In this document: positions 14,700-28,900 of the stretch, piece by piece
Layout of the letters: every line of letters starts with the position of its first letter
Numbering within the stretch: position 1 is the first letter of the stretch
Origin: Lytechinus pictus
Taxonomy: Eukaryota
Direction: 5' to 3'
DNA length: 64,000 nucleotides
NCBI RefSeq assembly: GCF_037042905.1
Contig: NC_087251.1
Location: 44,702,001 to 44,766,000 of the forward strand
Position numbers and translations under genes: made by a program
Notes under the pieces: generated by a model
Databases searched by the model: none
What the model saw: only the letters and a program-made list of their open reading frames with translations
Told to the model about the DNA's origin: nothing

Positions 14700-15255
14700 A
14701 TTGGTGAGGTTTAATGAAATTCCATCAAATAATAAGAAAGTTATTAGAATTTCAAATTGTTAATATGTGACGGCATATACGAGCAGCTACCGCCACTGTG
14801 TAATACAAAATGCACAAATTTACATTTTTTCAATTGTCCATGTTAATTAAAAATATACTTCCAGAAGCGGGAAAAAAAACCATCTACTTTTTTTTATAAA
14901 ATGACATTTCATTGATTCAATTCAATTCAGTTCAAATAAACAATTATTTTCTTCCATTTCACAAATTTCTACATTTTTCGTAAACATGAATTCATTCTTA
15001 CTTTCTTTTTTACTATATGGAAATATATGGAATTGCTGCTCGCATATGACGTCATAATTAAAAAATACAATAAAATTCTGATAACTGTTTTTTAATTTTG
15101 ATGGATCTTACTCAAACCTACACCTATGTTTTTAATTATTTTTTATTTATTTTAATAATAATAACAATAATTATTATTTAATATCATTATTTTAATCGTG
15201 TTTTGCTATTAATAAAATAAACCTTTCTAAAACTTTCGTCAGGGTGAACTCACCT
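14700..15255. mobile_element. Degenerate Kolobok-like MITE (family B)
   Basis: Shares AAGAAAGTTATTAGAATTTCAA, GAGCAGCT, TGCTCGCATATGAC and the right end GGGTGAACT(C)ACCT|TTAA with the copy at 61757-62247. Confidence 0.65.
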
Positions 15256-15538
15256 TTAAGGTGATTCACTTTAATGCATCTGTCTACACTAACTTGTTCT
15301 TGATTAAGTATCGGCCTGTGGAAGCATATCGTCTGGACACATTCCCAGAACTGAAATTATAAACTATATACCCTCTGCCTAATAAAGGCGTATTATAGGT
15401 ACAGACACATTAAATCAATTTCTTTATCGATTCAAGGTTTACCATGATTATCATTATAGAGAAAAGCATATGCACATCTCCCTGGTGACAAGATCGTCTC
15501 GAGAGATACCGTAATCAACCGAAAGATATTGCCGCAGT

Positions 15539-16653
15539 CAGTGGCATACCGTGGGTCACGGTATGGGGGGGGGCACCAGCAAAATTTTTGAGTGACTTAG
15601 TGTGCGCGCGAAGCGCGCCCAATTGGCAGGTATACTGACCTAATAGAGACAATTTAAGGACTTTACCATTAATCAGATATGTATCTCACTGATTAGATAA
15701 TGCGAGCGCGAAGCGCGAGCTGAACATTTTTTACATTCAGACCTCAAAAAGGGACAAAATAAGCAAATTTTTGTAATCATGATACGTTCCTGTCTCACCA
15801 AACAAACAATGCGAGCGCGAAGCCCGAGCTGAATGTTTTGTATAATATTGACCCCAAACAGGGACATTTTAAGGACTAGTTTTTAGGAATTGATGCGTGC
15901 ATCAAGCGCTTGCTGATTTTGCTATAATTACACCTAAAACATGGAGCACTTTTTGTACTCATTGTAATCATGAACATGATACGTATCTCACCAATCAGAT
16001 ACTGAAAAATTTTGAAATTTAGACCTGGAGAGGGGCATTCTCGGGCTTGTTTGTAGGAATTTACTATAACATACGTATTTCACTAACTAAATGATGCGTG
16101 CGCAAATCGTGAGCTGAAAATTTTTGATACAGTATTCAGACCAGTAGGCCTGAAGGGAATTTTTAAGGACTGTTTTTAGGAATTCGTGAAGAGCAGACAC
16201 CATGCGAACGCAACCACTAACTGGGAATATTTTATATTCATACTTTAAAAGGGGGCAATCACTTTAAGTAGTCATGAAAAAGAAGCATGTCACTACATAA
16301 AACAATAATATATCGAAGTGCGAGGAAATACATTTTAATGTATATTGACTTGAAAATGGGATGTTTTAGTACAATTGGATTATATATTTCATTAAACAGA
16401 CAATGCGAGCACCAGGAATGATGAACACGTAGGTACTCAGCAAATTATGTTTCATAAAGTTATGAAAAAGAACATTTATGTAATATAATATAGTATAACA
16501 TAATACAATACAATATACACTATTTTTTTCTTCCTCTACTACGTCTCTCCATTTTTTCTCCCTCCTTTCTCCTTTTCCCCCTTTTTTTTTTTTGCCAGCC
16601 GATTAAGGGGGAGGCACGTGCCCCCATACCCCCCCCCCGTAGTAACGCCACTG
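15539..16653. mobile_element. hAT-like non-autonomous DNA transposon with internal tandem repeats
   Basis: Termini CAGTGGC...GCCACTG. Perfect 8-bp TSD GCCGCAGT at 15531-15538 and 16654-16661. Internal about 110-130-bp units carry GCGAGCGCGAAGCGCGAGCTG. Confidence 0.88.
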
Positions 16654-16848
16654 GCCGCAGTCACACTTGTAAAACCGCATGGACCGATATTAATATGCTA
16701 TTCTTCTAAATATATAAGCAAGAGCGATCGCTGTGGAGTTGGTTGTGATGTTGTGACTGCAAATTAATCGTAATATGCGCAGAGGTAATTCGTAATGATG
16801 AATATTATTTCCCACCACTGCATTTTTACACATGGATTAACAAGGAAA

Positions 16849-16976
16849 NNNNNNNNNNNNNNNNNNNNNNNNNNNNNNNNNNNNNNNNNNNNNNNNNNNN
16901 NNNNNNNNNNNNNNNNNNNNNNNNNNNNNNNNNNNNNNNNNNNNNNNNNNNNNNNNNNNNNNNNNNNNNNNNNNNN
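16849..16976. other. Assembly gap (N run)
   Basis: Run of N bases. Confidence 1.
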
Positions 16977-18732
16977 TTTAATGATGAACTAGGGACGATT
17001 GATATAATCACGACTAGGTGACAAGTCATACCATTATTTTTAGTACATGTATGTGATTGTGGTAATGTGATCAAAATATGACGATGTTTAACCATATAAT
17101 GATAATCATAATCATGACAATAATTTTGATACTGGTAAAAAATCATAATATTAATTAGATAATAAAGAGTCATTCCCATATATCTACTCGTGTTTTTTAG
17201 AAAGAACAGTATGAAATGAAGCATTAATATAATTCTTAGCTTAACATGTTCATTATTGCAATGAGTAAAAAAAAATTAGCCTCGCACGGACTGCCTTCGT
17301 GAAATACCCCGATTATGTCATCTTGGTCTTAAATTACTGATGTTCATCTCCAAGCAACTATGGTACGAATAATACAAGGGACGAAAATGAATTATTATAC
17401 TCAGAAACCTCAAGGATAAATAGTCTGCAGGCACAGACCCTGATTGAAACTTTGATCAACAAGTGGGTCTCCACGCCAAGACCATACAGCACATTTTACT
17501 GTTTCAATTCCCGAGCGAGAGGGCCTTCAGTAACACAAGGCATTACAGGCTGCACATTCAGATCCTTAAATCGAGTGAAGAGCTTGTATAGCAGATTATT
17601 TTCATCTTGCCAGGGGCGTAACTCCCCCCTCCACGAAAAAATAATGCGATAGATCATAATCATCCGAGCGAAAAATCCTACAATGAAACTTCGAACTTTA
17701 AACCTATATAAAACAGATGAATACATTGAAGAGGCAGTGTGTGAAAAAGAGTAAAAGCTAGCATTTTAAGCTGACAACATGCATGGTGTACAAAATAAAT
17801 ATGTATTTTAATTCAGGAAGATGATAGAGCGTGGCAACCTAGTGATAAATGGCTATTTTCCATATGTAGGAACTTGACATTCTCGAACATTACATTTGAA
17901 AGCTTGTAACAGGAAACCAAATGATATTGTAAATTCTTCATTTCATTTCATATCATTTGCAAAGTTCTAAGATTAGAAAAATAAGAGGGAAGGTGAATGC
18001 ATTATCATTGTAATTTGCACTCTCGTTTCTTTATATGGTCGTGAGTCTGCGTGGACTTTATTGAATAGGCCCCTGGATTTGATGCTATTGTACAGCAAAT
18101 ACATGTATACATCGACCTGCATATACCATTATGTACACTACTACAGCATACACCCACGCTCGCAAACCAACACCCCCTCACACACACACACACACACCTA
18201 CACCCTCACACACACTTTCCTATTCATATATATGCACTATATAGATTTCATATAATGAATAATATATCATTAAAATTAGCGACTCTCTAAATTTCATACT
18301 GACAATGTCATCACTGTGTTGACTGTGTGTTTCTGCTGTTTTACATTCGATTTGAATGAAATTGTCAGTTCAAAGATGGTTTTATCCTTTCATTTCAACC
18401 AGCCTAAGTATTTCATTATTTCAGTTATTCCTATATGTATAACTATTAATTGTGTAGAGAGAGACACAAAATACAGAGACTACGATGTGATCAGTGGGCG
18501 GCCGGGTCGGGGAGGGGGGGGGGGGGCTGGAATACAAATCAAGTTGGGGTTGACCCTCAAATCACCTATCGGCGGGCACGTTTCCAGATTATATTAAATA
18601 CTTCACTGTCATGTTGAATTTCATAGTTTATAATACTGCCCTGATATATCCCTTTAAATCACGTTAATGGGCATCTACGGTAGATATGAAGGCATTAAGT
18701 CTCTTTCAATATCGGGCCAAGTTTTCTAATCG

Positions 18733-18937
18733 GTACCATGACATTCTCTCCGGCGACAATTGTTCCGCTCTAAATGCCGCACTCAAATGACCAAATTCAA
18801 CCCTGGGTTTAACACTGTAGGCCTACCCTACCCTAAACCTAATATAAAATAATATTGAAACACTAACCCTAGCCTTACTTACATCTTAGACGAAATTAAG
18901 TCCGGAGCAATTGTCGCGGGAGCAAATGTCGTGTCAC
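18733..18937. mobile_element. Small TIR element (MITE) with CCCTAA-like interior
   Basis: GACATTCTCTCCGGCGACAATTGTTCCG is inverted against CCGGAGCAATTGTCGCGGGAGCAAATGTC; internal ACCCTA/AACCCTA tracts. Confidence 0.7.
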
Positions 18938-20165
18938 ATAATAATCATCACTAGCAAGATTGCAGCGACTGAAGGCATGAAATAGTCTTTGCAAAGACCG
19001 TCTTTCATGTCGTCCATTTATTATGGCACGCAGTATGAGGCGCATTAAAAATATATATATATAAAACTATTGAAATTATTCAACTCTTTTTAACATCGAG
19101 TTTTATATAATTACACAGAAATATTATGGTGTGGTGAATCAGGCGTATTTTAAAAGACATTATAAGCTATCTAATTTTAACTCACTTTTAAATGAATTTT
19201 ACATAATGATATAAAATATGACATCACTATAAACAACTGTTTCCTTCACTCTACACGATGATTAAGATAGGATTGCAGGTTATTTTAATTACATAAAAGG
19301 CGTCTCATACGGCGTATCATAATAAATCACCGACACGAAGACAACAATTCTTGCAAAGACCTTTTCGTGCAATAGGCCTCATGCAGTGGTGCCGTATATG
19401 GCATGCATACATCTCTCTGAGATCGTCTCGAGAGATACGAGATTAATAGAGCAGCAGTCACATCGGTGGAGGCAAGCCGTGCCCGATCACTTTTACTTCA
19501 AGATTTCGAATTATACGCAGTAGCGATCGATGGATATCGGATTCGTGTGAAGGCGGTTTGATACAAGGCCCTATAGGGCCTTGGTTTGATATAACATACG
19601 CCCTCATCTCTTAAAGTTTGAGAACCTTTTAAAGAAACAGAAAATAGTTCTAAAAAGTCCTTGAACTGTTTTAGGTTCTATAGGAAAAGTGAGAACCCTT
19701 AAAGATTCATTTTACAACCTGTGGGGTTTTTAAGGCTGTACGTGTGTGACAACACAGTTCTTGGTCGCATTGCCAATTATGAGGATCTACCTAGCATTAG
19801 TTATGGTTGTCGAAATGTTATTAAAAATAAGCATCCCGCATAAACCCAGCGTCTTGATTTTTCTCTTATATGTCTTCAACTGGTTCCAAGGGAATCATTC
19901 TTCTTAAAAACGAAAATATCAATGTCCATGGTCTGAAGTCGCATGATCGTTCGAGAACAACAAGCCCATATAAGGTCTCGATGTTTTTGTTTTTCTTTTT
20001 CTTTCTTCCACTTCGACCTCGTACTCGCCCTCGAACTCTTGATTGATCGTGGTACATTAGCGATCCCAAGTGGGTAAACACTCCGCGGTCAAAATTGCAC
20101 GTCTAATGTTGTTAATCATTAAACAGATGATCACTTCGGGAAAAGGGATGACTTCCGGTCGCGGG

Positions 20166-20379
20166 TAGTCTAGATCTGGACGTTTGTAGCTATTATTGTT
20201 CGTTAAACGCTAGAATCATTCATCGCACACTCGCCTCCGTCTTTTCACTTCCCTTCACAAATGTCTAGTTCCGTCCTGATCATCAGTTGCGAAGGGGAGT
20301 AAAAAGACGAAGGCAAGAATGCGATGCACGAGTGCAGGGTTTCCGAACAAAATAACTACAAACGTCCAGATCAAGACTG
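20166..20379. repeat. Fold-back (palindromic) element, about 95-bp arms, TAGTCT...AGACTG termini
   Basis: TAGTCTAGATCTGGACGTTTGTAGCTATTATTGTTCG pairs with CGAACAAAATAACTACAAACGTCCAGATCAAGACTG. Complementarity continues inward to a loop of about 25 nt. Confidence 0.8.
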
Positions 20380-21439
20380 GGTCGAGGGGATATTGGGGGA
20401 AACAAAATGGGAATGGGATAGAAAACAAATCCGTGTTGAAAAGCAGTAATTATGTCGAGTACATGGCTGTTTATTGGCCTAATACAAGTACTTACAATCA
20501 CGAAGAGTCATTATAAATAACCCGTGTTGTATTGATTAGAAAATGCCGTTTTCATGTTTAAGGGATGCCGTGAAAGAGTATTGACATGATGCGATAAACA
20601 TAGAGTATTATAAAATAAGAGTTTTATATTATTCTTTGAATAAAGCATTATATGATACAGAGGATCTTACAAAGATATGAAACAACATAAATTGCATGAA
20701 CATATTGAAACGAAACATTAGTAACCTTAACAAAAAAATTCTCTTTTAGATTCACCCTTCGGCAATTCTTGTTCCTTCAATACAACAAAATTAGCCTGCC
20801 CTCTTCGTGCTTTTTAGACTCGTTCAAAAGATTAAATGATCTTATGAAACTGTCTTATCAAAATATAAATATGATATTATAAAAAGATATACGCTGCGAA
20901 TTTCTGCCTATCTAATTGAAAAGCTTCAAATACATTGAAAGGAATGATACATTTTTTTCATCATTGTGTTTTTTTTCTCTTGTAATTTAATACATCATAT
21001 TAATATTTCATTTTGTAATTATGGAAACGCATAATTGTCAGTATTAATTTTCAGTATTTTCGAAGTTTGATGTATATTTGTATAATTATATGGGATATGG
21101 ATTTATTGTATAAATTATAATCATGATTCAAATAATTTGTACAACGTGTTCATGAAATGTGAAAGTGTATTTTGATTTGAGAGAATACAATAAAAACATC
21201 CTTTAAAAAAATAACGACTCATTGATTAAAAAAATCTAAATTATCATATCTTATATTCATTTTTGGCCCGTTAAGATTATCGGGTGTAAATATTACCATG
21301 ACAAACGAATGGTAACGGCTACATAATGATCATGAATTTGTATCGGATTTTTGTTTTCAAAGAGGTTCTGAATATCTGTTTTTAATATTACATGCCAGTC
21401 TCTATGGATTAAGTCATTATACAAATTCCTAAAGAGTTA

Positions 21440-21672
21440 CACATTTAAAATGTTGGGCAACATACTGTCCACTGTGTTGGGTAATGTATGTTGGTAAAAA
21501 AAAATATACATATTCTGGGCAATTATTATCCAATTGAGCAAATTTCTTACCCACCTTTTTATTTTTTATTATCCAGTTTTGGACAGATTTTAACCAATAG
21601 TTGTGTGGACAGTATGTTGCCCAGTGATGGTTAGAAATTTGGGCTTTTTTATGCCCAACCTTTTTAAGAGTG
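21440..21672. mobile_element. CAC...GTG-terminated MITE flanked by TA
   Basis: TA|CACATTTAAAATGTTGGGCA ... TGCCCAACCTTTTTAAGAGTG|TA, with the inverted pair GGGCAACATACTGTCCAC / GTGGACAGTATGTTGCCC. Confidence 0.65.
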
Positions 21673-23737
21673 TAGTGTATGAAAGAAATACACTCTGATA
21701 AAGATATTTCGAATGTAGATGAATATTTCTGTGGTATTTTGTATTACATATTCGATGTAACGATCGATTTCCTGAAGTAATCACTTTAATATCATACAAA
21801 TATTGACTGACATGATGTGTAATATTATATAACATTCCTTGGATCGTCGGACTTATGTGATCACAAGGAAAACTGTGCATCCATCTCGTAGTCCATAGAA
21901 TGTTGCATTTCACCACCTCGCATGCAGTCTCAGCTTGCGTTGCTAGCCTGGCAATTAAGCTTTCTCTAATCCATGGCCTGATATGAAAGCAATTATATCA
22001 CAAAGTTCACACTTATTAGGTATTTCGAAATTTGTGATTGTAAGGCTTCATTCAATCACAATCATATGATTGTAGCTCCAATTAAGATACAGCTTATTCA
22101 GTCGATTTTAAAATTGATAATAAAAATGATTTTATCACAATTAAAATCAATTACACTATCATAACTACTTATTAGAATGTTTATACCCTATGATTTTAAA
22201 ATCGATTGAACGATTTCACATGCATCTCCACATTGTAGCTCCAAAGTAAGACGTATACAGTCGATTTTAAACTAGATATAATGATATGTATTTTATCACA
22301 TTCGGAATCATTTGCAATTCCTTGCCTTACTATACTATAAACATAATTTTTGAGGACGCACCAATTAGCCAATACATGAGTTACTTATAATTGGGTTCAA
22401 CAATACATCCCATAGTCAGAATGGACTATTGCAAATATTCAAGGCTCTATTTTGCTTTTGTTCTTCCAAAGTTAATAGTTACTCTCCCTTATGATAAGCG
22501 GCCCCTTCTTTTTTCTTTCCATGCACGCTTTCCATGGCACGTTTCTAAATACAAGACTATTCCCGGGCGACATCCAAGCTTTTAAGCCCGTTTCAGATGT
22601 CTGCTTTATTAATGCCGCTGAGAGTAGCAGAATAATCATTTGACCGCCACGCATAATGATTCCGAGATAATTTTGTGAAAGCGGGAATAATTCATCAAGC
22701 TTGTCCGGTCAATTCTCCTGAACGTCCTCCAAACAAACAATAAAGCTTTATGGAGCGAGATGGGGATGGATTGGGGGGGGGGGGGCTCAAGTTATTTTTT
22801 CCAACTAAAAGAAATGACGGGCAATTTATCATTTATTACACACTAAGAAATTTTTGAACCCCAAATGAAACATTTGTACCAACCATTTGGGTTGTAACCT
22901 TTCACCCTAAGTTGAAAAAAGGTGCAAAATGCACGTTTTTATCATGATTTGCACCCAGAAATGCTTGTTTGCATCCTAAAAGGTACAGATTTGAACCTTG
23001 ATTTGAACCTTAATTCATTGCATGGTTCATTTCTACACCCTACACCGTGTGAGTAAAACAAACCTGACACCTCACAAATTCCAAATATAAGGAAAGAATA
23101 TGTCATGAACACATAATAATTATAAATGGCCTGAAAGAGTATGTTATCCCAAATAATTTGATACTATATTTTTGTGGTATGTGTTAACGCTTGGATGATC
23201 AAGAGGTATTCTTTGCAGCGATGTAAATTTTGATTTGCGCCAAAGTAAGGCATGACTTCAATGAATGAATTCAGATGTTAATGATGTGATAATATAACAA
23301 GGGTTCCATTAAAATCCATTTCAAAACACCTTTTCAGTAATGGAGAATGACTGCTTGATTTTGGTGGCATTATAGATCCATTCGCTGAATAAGAAATAAG
23401 CCGCTTTCTTAAAACTCTTATTCAGAATTTGCAATACAGAGTCAATCATCTGATCCCACATTATGCAAAATATGCAATCACTATGCAATACGTAGTTCTA
23501 CACCCTTGGATTCATTCGGGTATTCCCCGTTCCGCCAGAGAAATAATCGCATTTTCAAACATAAAATAAGACTAATTCATGAATATAAGTTAAGAACATA
23601 GAGATGTATAGTTAGTATACATCTCTATGGTTAAGAATCAACAAAGAATCAAAACAATAGACAAATAGATTTGGCAGTTTCACTGAAGATTCTCTTGTAC
23701 AAATATTACTATTCCAATGATGATTCTTGGAGCCACA

Positions 23738-24069
23738 GGGGTCGTTTCATGAAAGTTGTCAGCAATGACAAGTTGTCTTTCTCCGACAGTTACCATAGCA
23801 ACAGTCAGAGGCCAGTGCTTCTTAGCCAATCAAAACCAAGGATTTCACTGAAATAGTTATAGCACTGACCATTTAGTCAGTGCTGACAGCATTGATGAAA
23901 CACCCCCCTGGGGAGTGTTTCATCAACATTTTCATCCGACAAGTTGTCAGATCTGACATCTTTCTCTGATGTTGATTGGTTGAGAGGTACTGTTACTATG
24001 GCAACTGTCGGATAAAATGGGACTTGTCGGATAAAACGTCCGACAAGTCCTTTCATGAAACGCTCCCCC
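23738..24069. mobile_element. Two adjacent Harbinger-like palindromic MITEs (23738-23908 and 23910-24069)
   Basis: Termini GGGGTCGTTTCAT...ATGAAACACCCC and GGGGAGTGTTTCAT...ATGAAACGCTCCCC. The architecture matches the element at 45516-45673. Confidence 0.75.
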
Positions 24070-24232
24070 GATCTGTGGTGGTTGGAGCACCAAGATTTTT
24101 TGACGATCTTATATACCGCCATCAACGTCTATAATATGACATGTATAGTGTCTTTTCATCTTTTTTTTTTTTTACTGAACTTGGAAGTTGGATTCTCTGA
24201 AATTTAAGCTCGAGGGAACACTGAAAATCAAG

Positions 24233-25890
24233 ATGCCGACTGACGTTGAAACTCTTATGGAAATGGGATTCCCAAGAAATAGAGCGTGAGTATAATGATC
24301 ACGATGTAGACTTCATTTCAATTTAATTTATATAATCTTTGTGGTCATTGAACTCGCAAAGTCATTGTCGTTACACAAAATTGTATAGGTGGGACCGCTG
24401 TAAGTAAATTTCACTGTCACAGTTCAGTGTTTTTTTTACACATTTCAATTTCACTATTTTAAACTAAGTTCTTATCTTAAGGACGTTCCACAGTTATGTT
24501 TATGCGCATTATGATCTGCGCATAGTTTACACTCTGCGCGCTGACGTCACAATGGATGAACAGGTGATTAGCTGCGGGTATGAGCTGATTTTTCTCATCT
24601 TTTGCACTTTAACTGCAGATCCGATGCGTTATTTCATGAAGCAAAAAAATTGAATTATTCCATGGACCATTCAAAAAAAAAAATGTCTACAATTTCAAAA
24701 TACTTTACTCTGCAGTGCTGCCAAGAATCACGAATATTACCGCCAGTTTGTATAAATGGTAGAGTGGTTTTGATTTTTCTTCACATAGATACAAAGCATT
24801 CGGCGCATTTTTGGTGTTTTAAAAAGCACATTTGCTCTAATAAAAATGCTGATAGTTTAAAAACAAGCACATGAACCCCTATTTTTTAATGTTTGTACCT
24901 CTTAGGAATACCATCTTCTACAACTCTGCAAATTTTGGTGAAAATGACATGGATTTTTAATAAAGTGCAGCATTTATTGTACTTTTGTAGTTTGTTACTG
25001 AAATTTCACATTTTTAGATTGGGATTTTGTTATCTTTTACGCCATTTTTAAGAATTGACAGTGCTGTTAAACTTAAAATTGCAAACAAATAGCACTATAA
25101 ATAGATTCTCCATTCTAACGATACAATTATTAATTCTCTTGCGAAATTTGATGACTTTTTCATGTATTTTGACTGAGTAATAGAGGTTTAAACTCATTGT
25201 AGTAATCTTGGGCGGTCTAAAAATGCCAAATTCTTTTGAATGCGCAATTCTTAAGAACATCAATTTGAGTGAACTTTGAAGCTCTATAGCAAAAAATCAA
25301 GCACATGGACCTATGTTAATTTTTGCATATTTCGAATATTAAGGTTCTAAAGTATCTATGTGCAAAGTTTGGTGAAGATGACATGGATTTCACCTTAACT
25401 GTGGAACGTCCTTAAATGTGTATTTTCTGTGGGAATTGGTGGTTAAAAAATAACTGATTTTGATTTTGATAAACTATAAGAAAAAAGAGAGAAAAAAGGA
25501 GAGAAAGGGAGAAGAAAGGAAAGAATTATAATAAATGAAGGAAAGGGGGAAAAAGGAAAGGAAAGAAATGAAAAAGAAAAGAAAGGGAGGATGAAGAAAG
25601 ATTGACAGAAAGGAAAAGAGTTTTCATTCATTCTTAGAAAGAAAGAATAGAAAAGAGGAAGATAGGAAATAAAGAATAAGGGGAAAAAGAAGGAAAGGAG
25701 AAAATGGATAAAGAAAGAATGAAAGAAATAAAGACCGAAAATAAAAAAATCATGGAAAGAATGACATGAAGAAGGAAAGAATCAAAATAAATGGGCACAG
25801 AAAAGGAATCTGGAAGGAAAGACTGAAAATAACGATAGATGAAACAAAGCAAAGGCATGAAGCAAGGATAGAAAAAAAATGAAGGAAGAA

Positions 25891-25922
<32 letters not shown>

Positions 25923-28900
25923 GGAAGAAATCTCAAACTTAAAAAAAAAAATAATAATAATCATCTAAAATTTTACTGATATTTGTTTTCAATGAAGTAT
26001 TCTTGAAATATATTTCAAAAATTGTTAGAAAACTAAAATGTTTTAGAAAAAAATAGATGAATCATTGTGGCACACACGCACCTTTTTTCCCATTACAAGT
26101 CTGCACTGATCATAACAAGACTCAAAACAAAGGCTGAAACAACTAGAAATAAGACCCCAAAACGTACTCCTTTGATCACATCGTCAAATCAGTAATTTGA
26201 GAATCCATATAATTAAAACAGTCGCATAATTTTATAATTATTTTGTTGGAAATAGTATTTTTCTTGTGCGATTGTTCACTTTGATTTGGAGTTTGATCGG
26301 GGAGGTGCCGGTGCTGCAGCTATTTAGAACCAATCTATTGGCTCCTGCCTGCCACGCGGAAGCCCCAGCCATCTGCTACATGTATGTGTGTAGATCGAAG
26401 AAAATAGCCCAAACTGGCTTGCTATTTGAAGAGTTGTTAACTTTCTTCTCTTTTTTTTTCTCTCTTCTGTATTTTTGCTTGTGAAATATGGGCAACTTTA
26501 TAAAATTTAATTTCACTGTGAGAATTTTGCTTTCCCATTTTTTGGCAAGTCGTTTTTGTCTTTACTTCTCTCTGCTGATCTGCAAAGCAAATGGAGGAGG
26601 AAGAAGAAGAAGTTGATTAATTTTATGGTGTTTATGCCTATAGCAGTGCACCTTGGTGTGAAGTGCAACTTTATCTTTTTTTCGGGGGCTACATTTTAAA
26701 TTTTTTGTCAAATTTCGGGGGCTCCATTTCTACCTTTCGGGGGCTACTTTTTGCATTTCAGGGGCTCTTTTTGAATGCTACTTTTTTGTATTTTTAGGAA
26801 TACCTGTTCACTTCTTAATGAATTATTACTTTTTGTTTAATATTGTATGATTTTTTAAGTTATTTTTTTCATGCTTAGAATCTTGGGTGTGTGTGTGTGT
26901 GTGGGTGTGACTGTGAGTTGGACTTGGATATAAATGAATTCAATATCTAATTTCTACTCCGTCTATTCCAGTACAATACCCTGTACTCGGCCATGTACAT
27001 GTAATAAAGGCCCACATACCCTAACTTTTCGTGAAGTTCTTTGAAAACGCAGATCTCCATGAAAATTGCATTTCTCTATGGGGAGTCTAAATTTGGTGAG
27101 AATGTATTCATTAAGAACTTAAATATACATGACAATGAAGAAATCATCAAACTTTATTGGCAGTTTTGAATAATATACCTGAAATGTAAACTCTGTCTGA
27201 AACAGAAAATCACCATCATTGAGGCCTTTACTGAGCAAATTGTCCCCCAGAGCTCTGGCAGAGAGACAGAGCTCAGACTGGCTAGCTAATACAAGCGCCA
27301 ATGCGTCCGCCTGCCGCCGGCCTTGTAAAATAGATGGAGCTTTGTTTGATGATTTATTGTCTGATATTTACCACTTCCCCAAGAAAAATAAAACAAATGA
27401 TTTTTAAGTTATAATTAATAAATAAGGTAAGTTATTTTGGATGTTTATAGGCCGTTTTGAAAAGCAAAGCCGAATGACAACTCACCAATGATAGGTTACT
27501 AGACTCTGGGATTTATTTCCTGTGTAATTCGAATTATTTTATCACAAAATTGTGATATCTGTAGGTGAAAACATGTGCATTAGAAATTGCATATCGTGGT
27601 AGTCATAATGGACCCCTATACATGCAACTGTTTCCCGACCGTCGCGTTGATTTTTTTTTCCATACCTGGTACCATGTGTGTGGAAATAAGTAGTACAGAA
27701 AAAAAGACGCAACTTCGGAATTTGAAACTGCGCTCCTCGCTATTTTCAAGGCTTATTCTTGATTTTGAGTGTGGATTTTGGATGATTTTTAAATGGTAAG
27801 CGGAGCTCGAGCATATGGTGCTAGTGGGGTGTTGAGTTGTTATCACTCGGCAATAATTTCGGGGGCGACATTCAGCTTTTATGTCGCCCCCGAAAGCATG
27901 ATTTTGGGTGATTTCGAGGGCGACTTTAGGCATTTCCGGGGCGAATTCGCCCGCCGCCCCCGTGTATTTTTTTCACTGATGTAAATTATAATCAACATCA
28001 ACTTTCACTTCAAAACTTTTTGCTTATGTTCCATAGTAAGCATATTCCATAGGGATGTCACACAATTTGTTAGAATATATCCACATATCCATTCTATGAT
28101 AACATAGGCAAAGCTGTATCAATCAATAGGCTATGACTTGCTCTACAATTTGAGTTTGCAAAATTTTGTCATGATAAGTATGTCTTGGTATAAACTTAGC
28201 TCAAATTTATGTGCATGTACGAAAAGGCACCTGTTTTTTTTACAGCAGATAATAGATATATTCATCGAGAGGAGGACAAAATATTACTGAAATGGCTTTC
28301 ATGTATTACAAAGTATACCTAAAAGGCATTCATTCGTGACATGTTGAAAATTATGTCTGATTTACTATGAATAATTTTCACCTGATGAATGATTTGCATT
28401 CTATTTTACATTGCCTTTGCTTACATTTACAGAGAAAAGGCTCTCGCAAAAACTTCCTACAAAGGAGTTCAGGTTGCCATGGACTGGTAAGTTTGCATAT
28501 AAAAGATCTCTTTAAAAAAAATGGAAGATTTGAATTTTGTAGGGTATTGCCAGACTCATAAGGATACCAATTGAAACCAGGTGAAACCAGTTGAGACTTG
28601 AATAGTGACAATACTGATGTTATGTTAACTAATGATTCTTTAAGAAGAGTCCTGAAATAGAGTGTATCATTGTATTACCAACACTCATTTGCAAGTTACT
28701 TTGAACTAGACATCATTGTATATCACTAGGAGCTAGACATAGAGGAACAGAAGATCATGTGTCCAGAACCTTATGTATAACCTCTGAGCTTAATTATATC
28801 TCTTGAATTCAGGCATTAGAAATGTAAAAAAAACATGATTTTTTTTCTACTCAAAGAGCCAACCTTTTTGTAATGTTTTGTTCTAATCAGGTTATTCGCT

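Noticed and set aside
16795-17224. ORFs spanning the N gap (also 56625-57273)
   Set aside because: Their length is an artefact of undetermined bases.
25443-25964. Hydrophobic Phe/Ser/Leu-rich ORFs resembling membrane proteins
   Set aside because: They are antisense readings of a GA-rich low-complexity tract.
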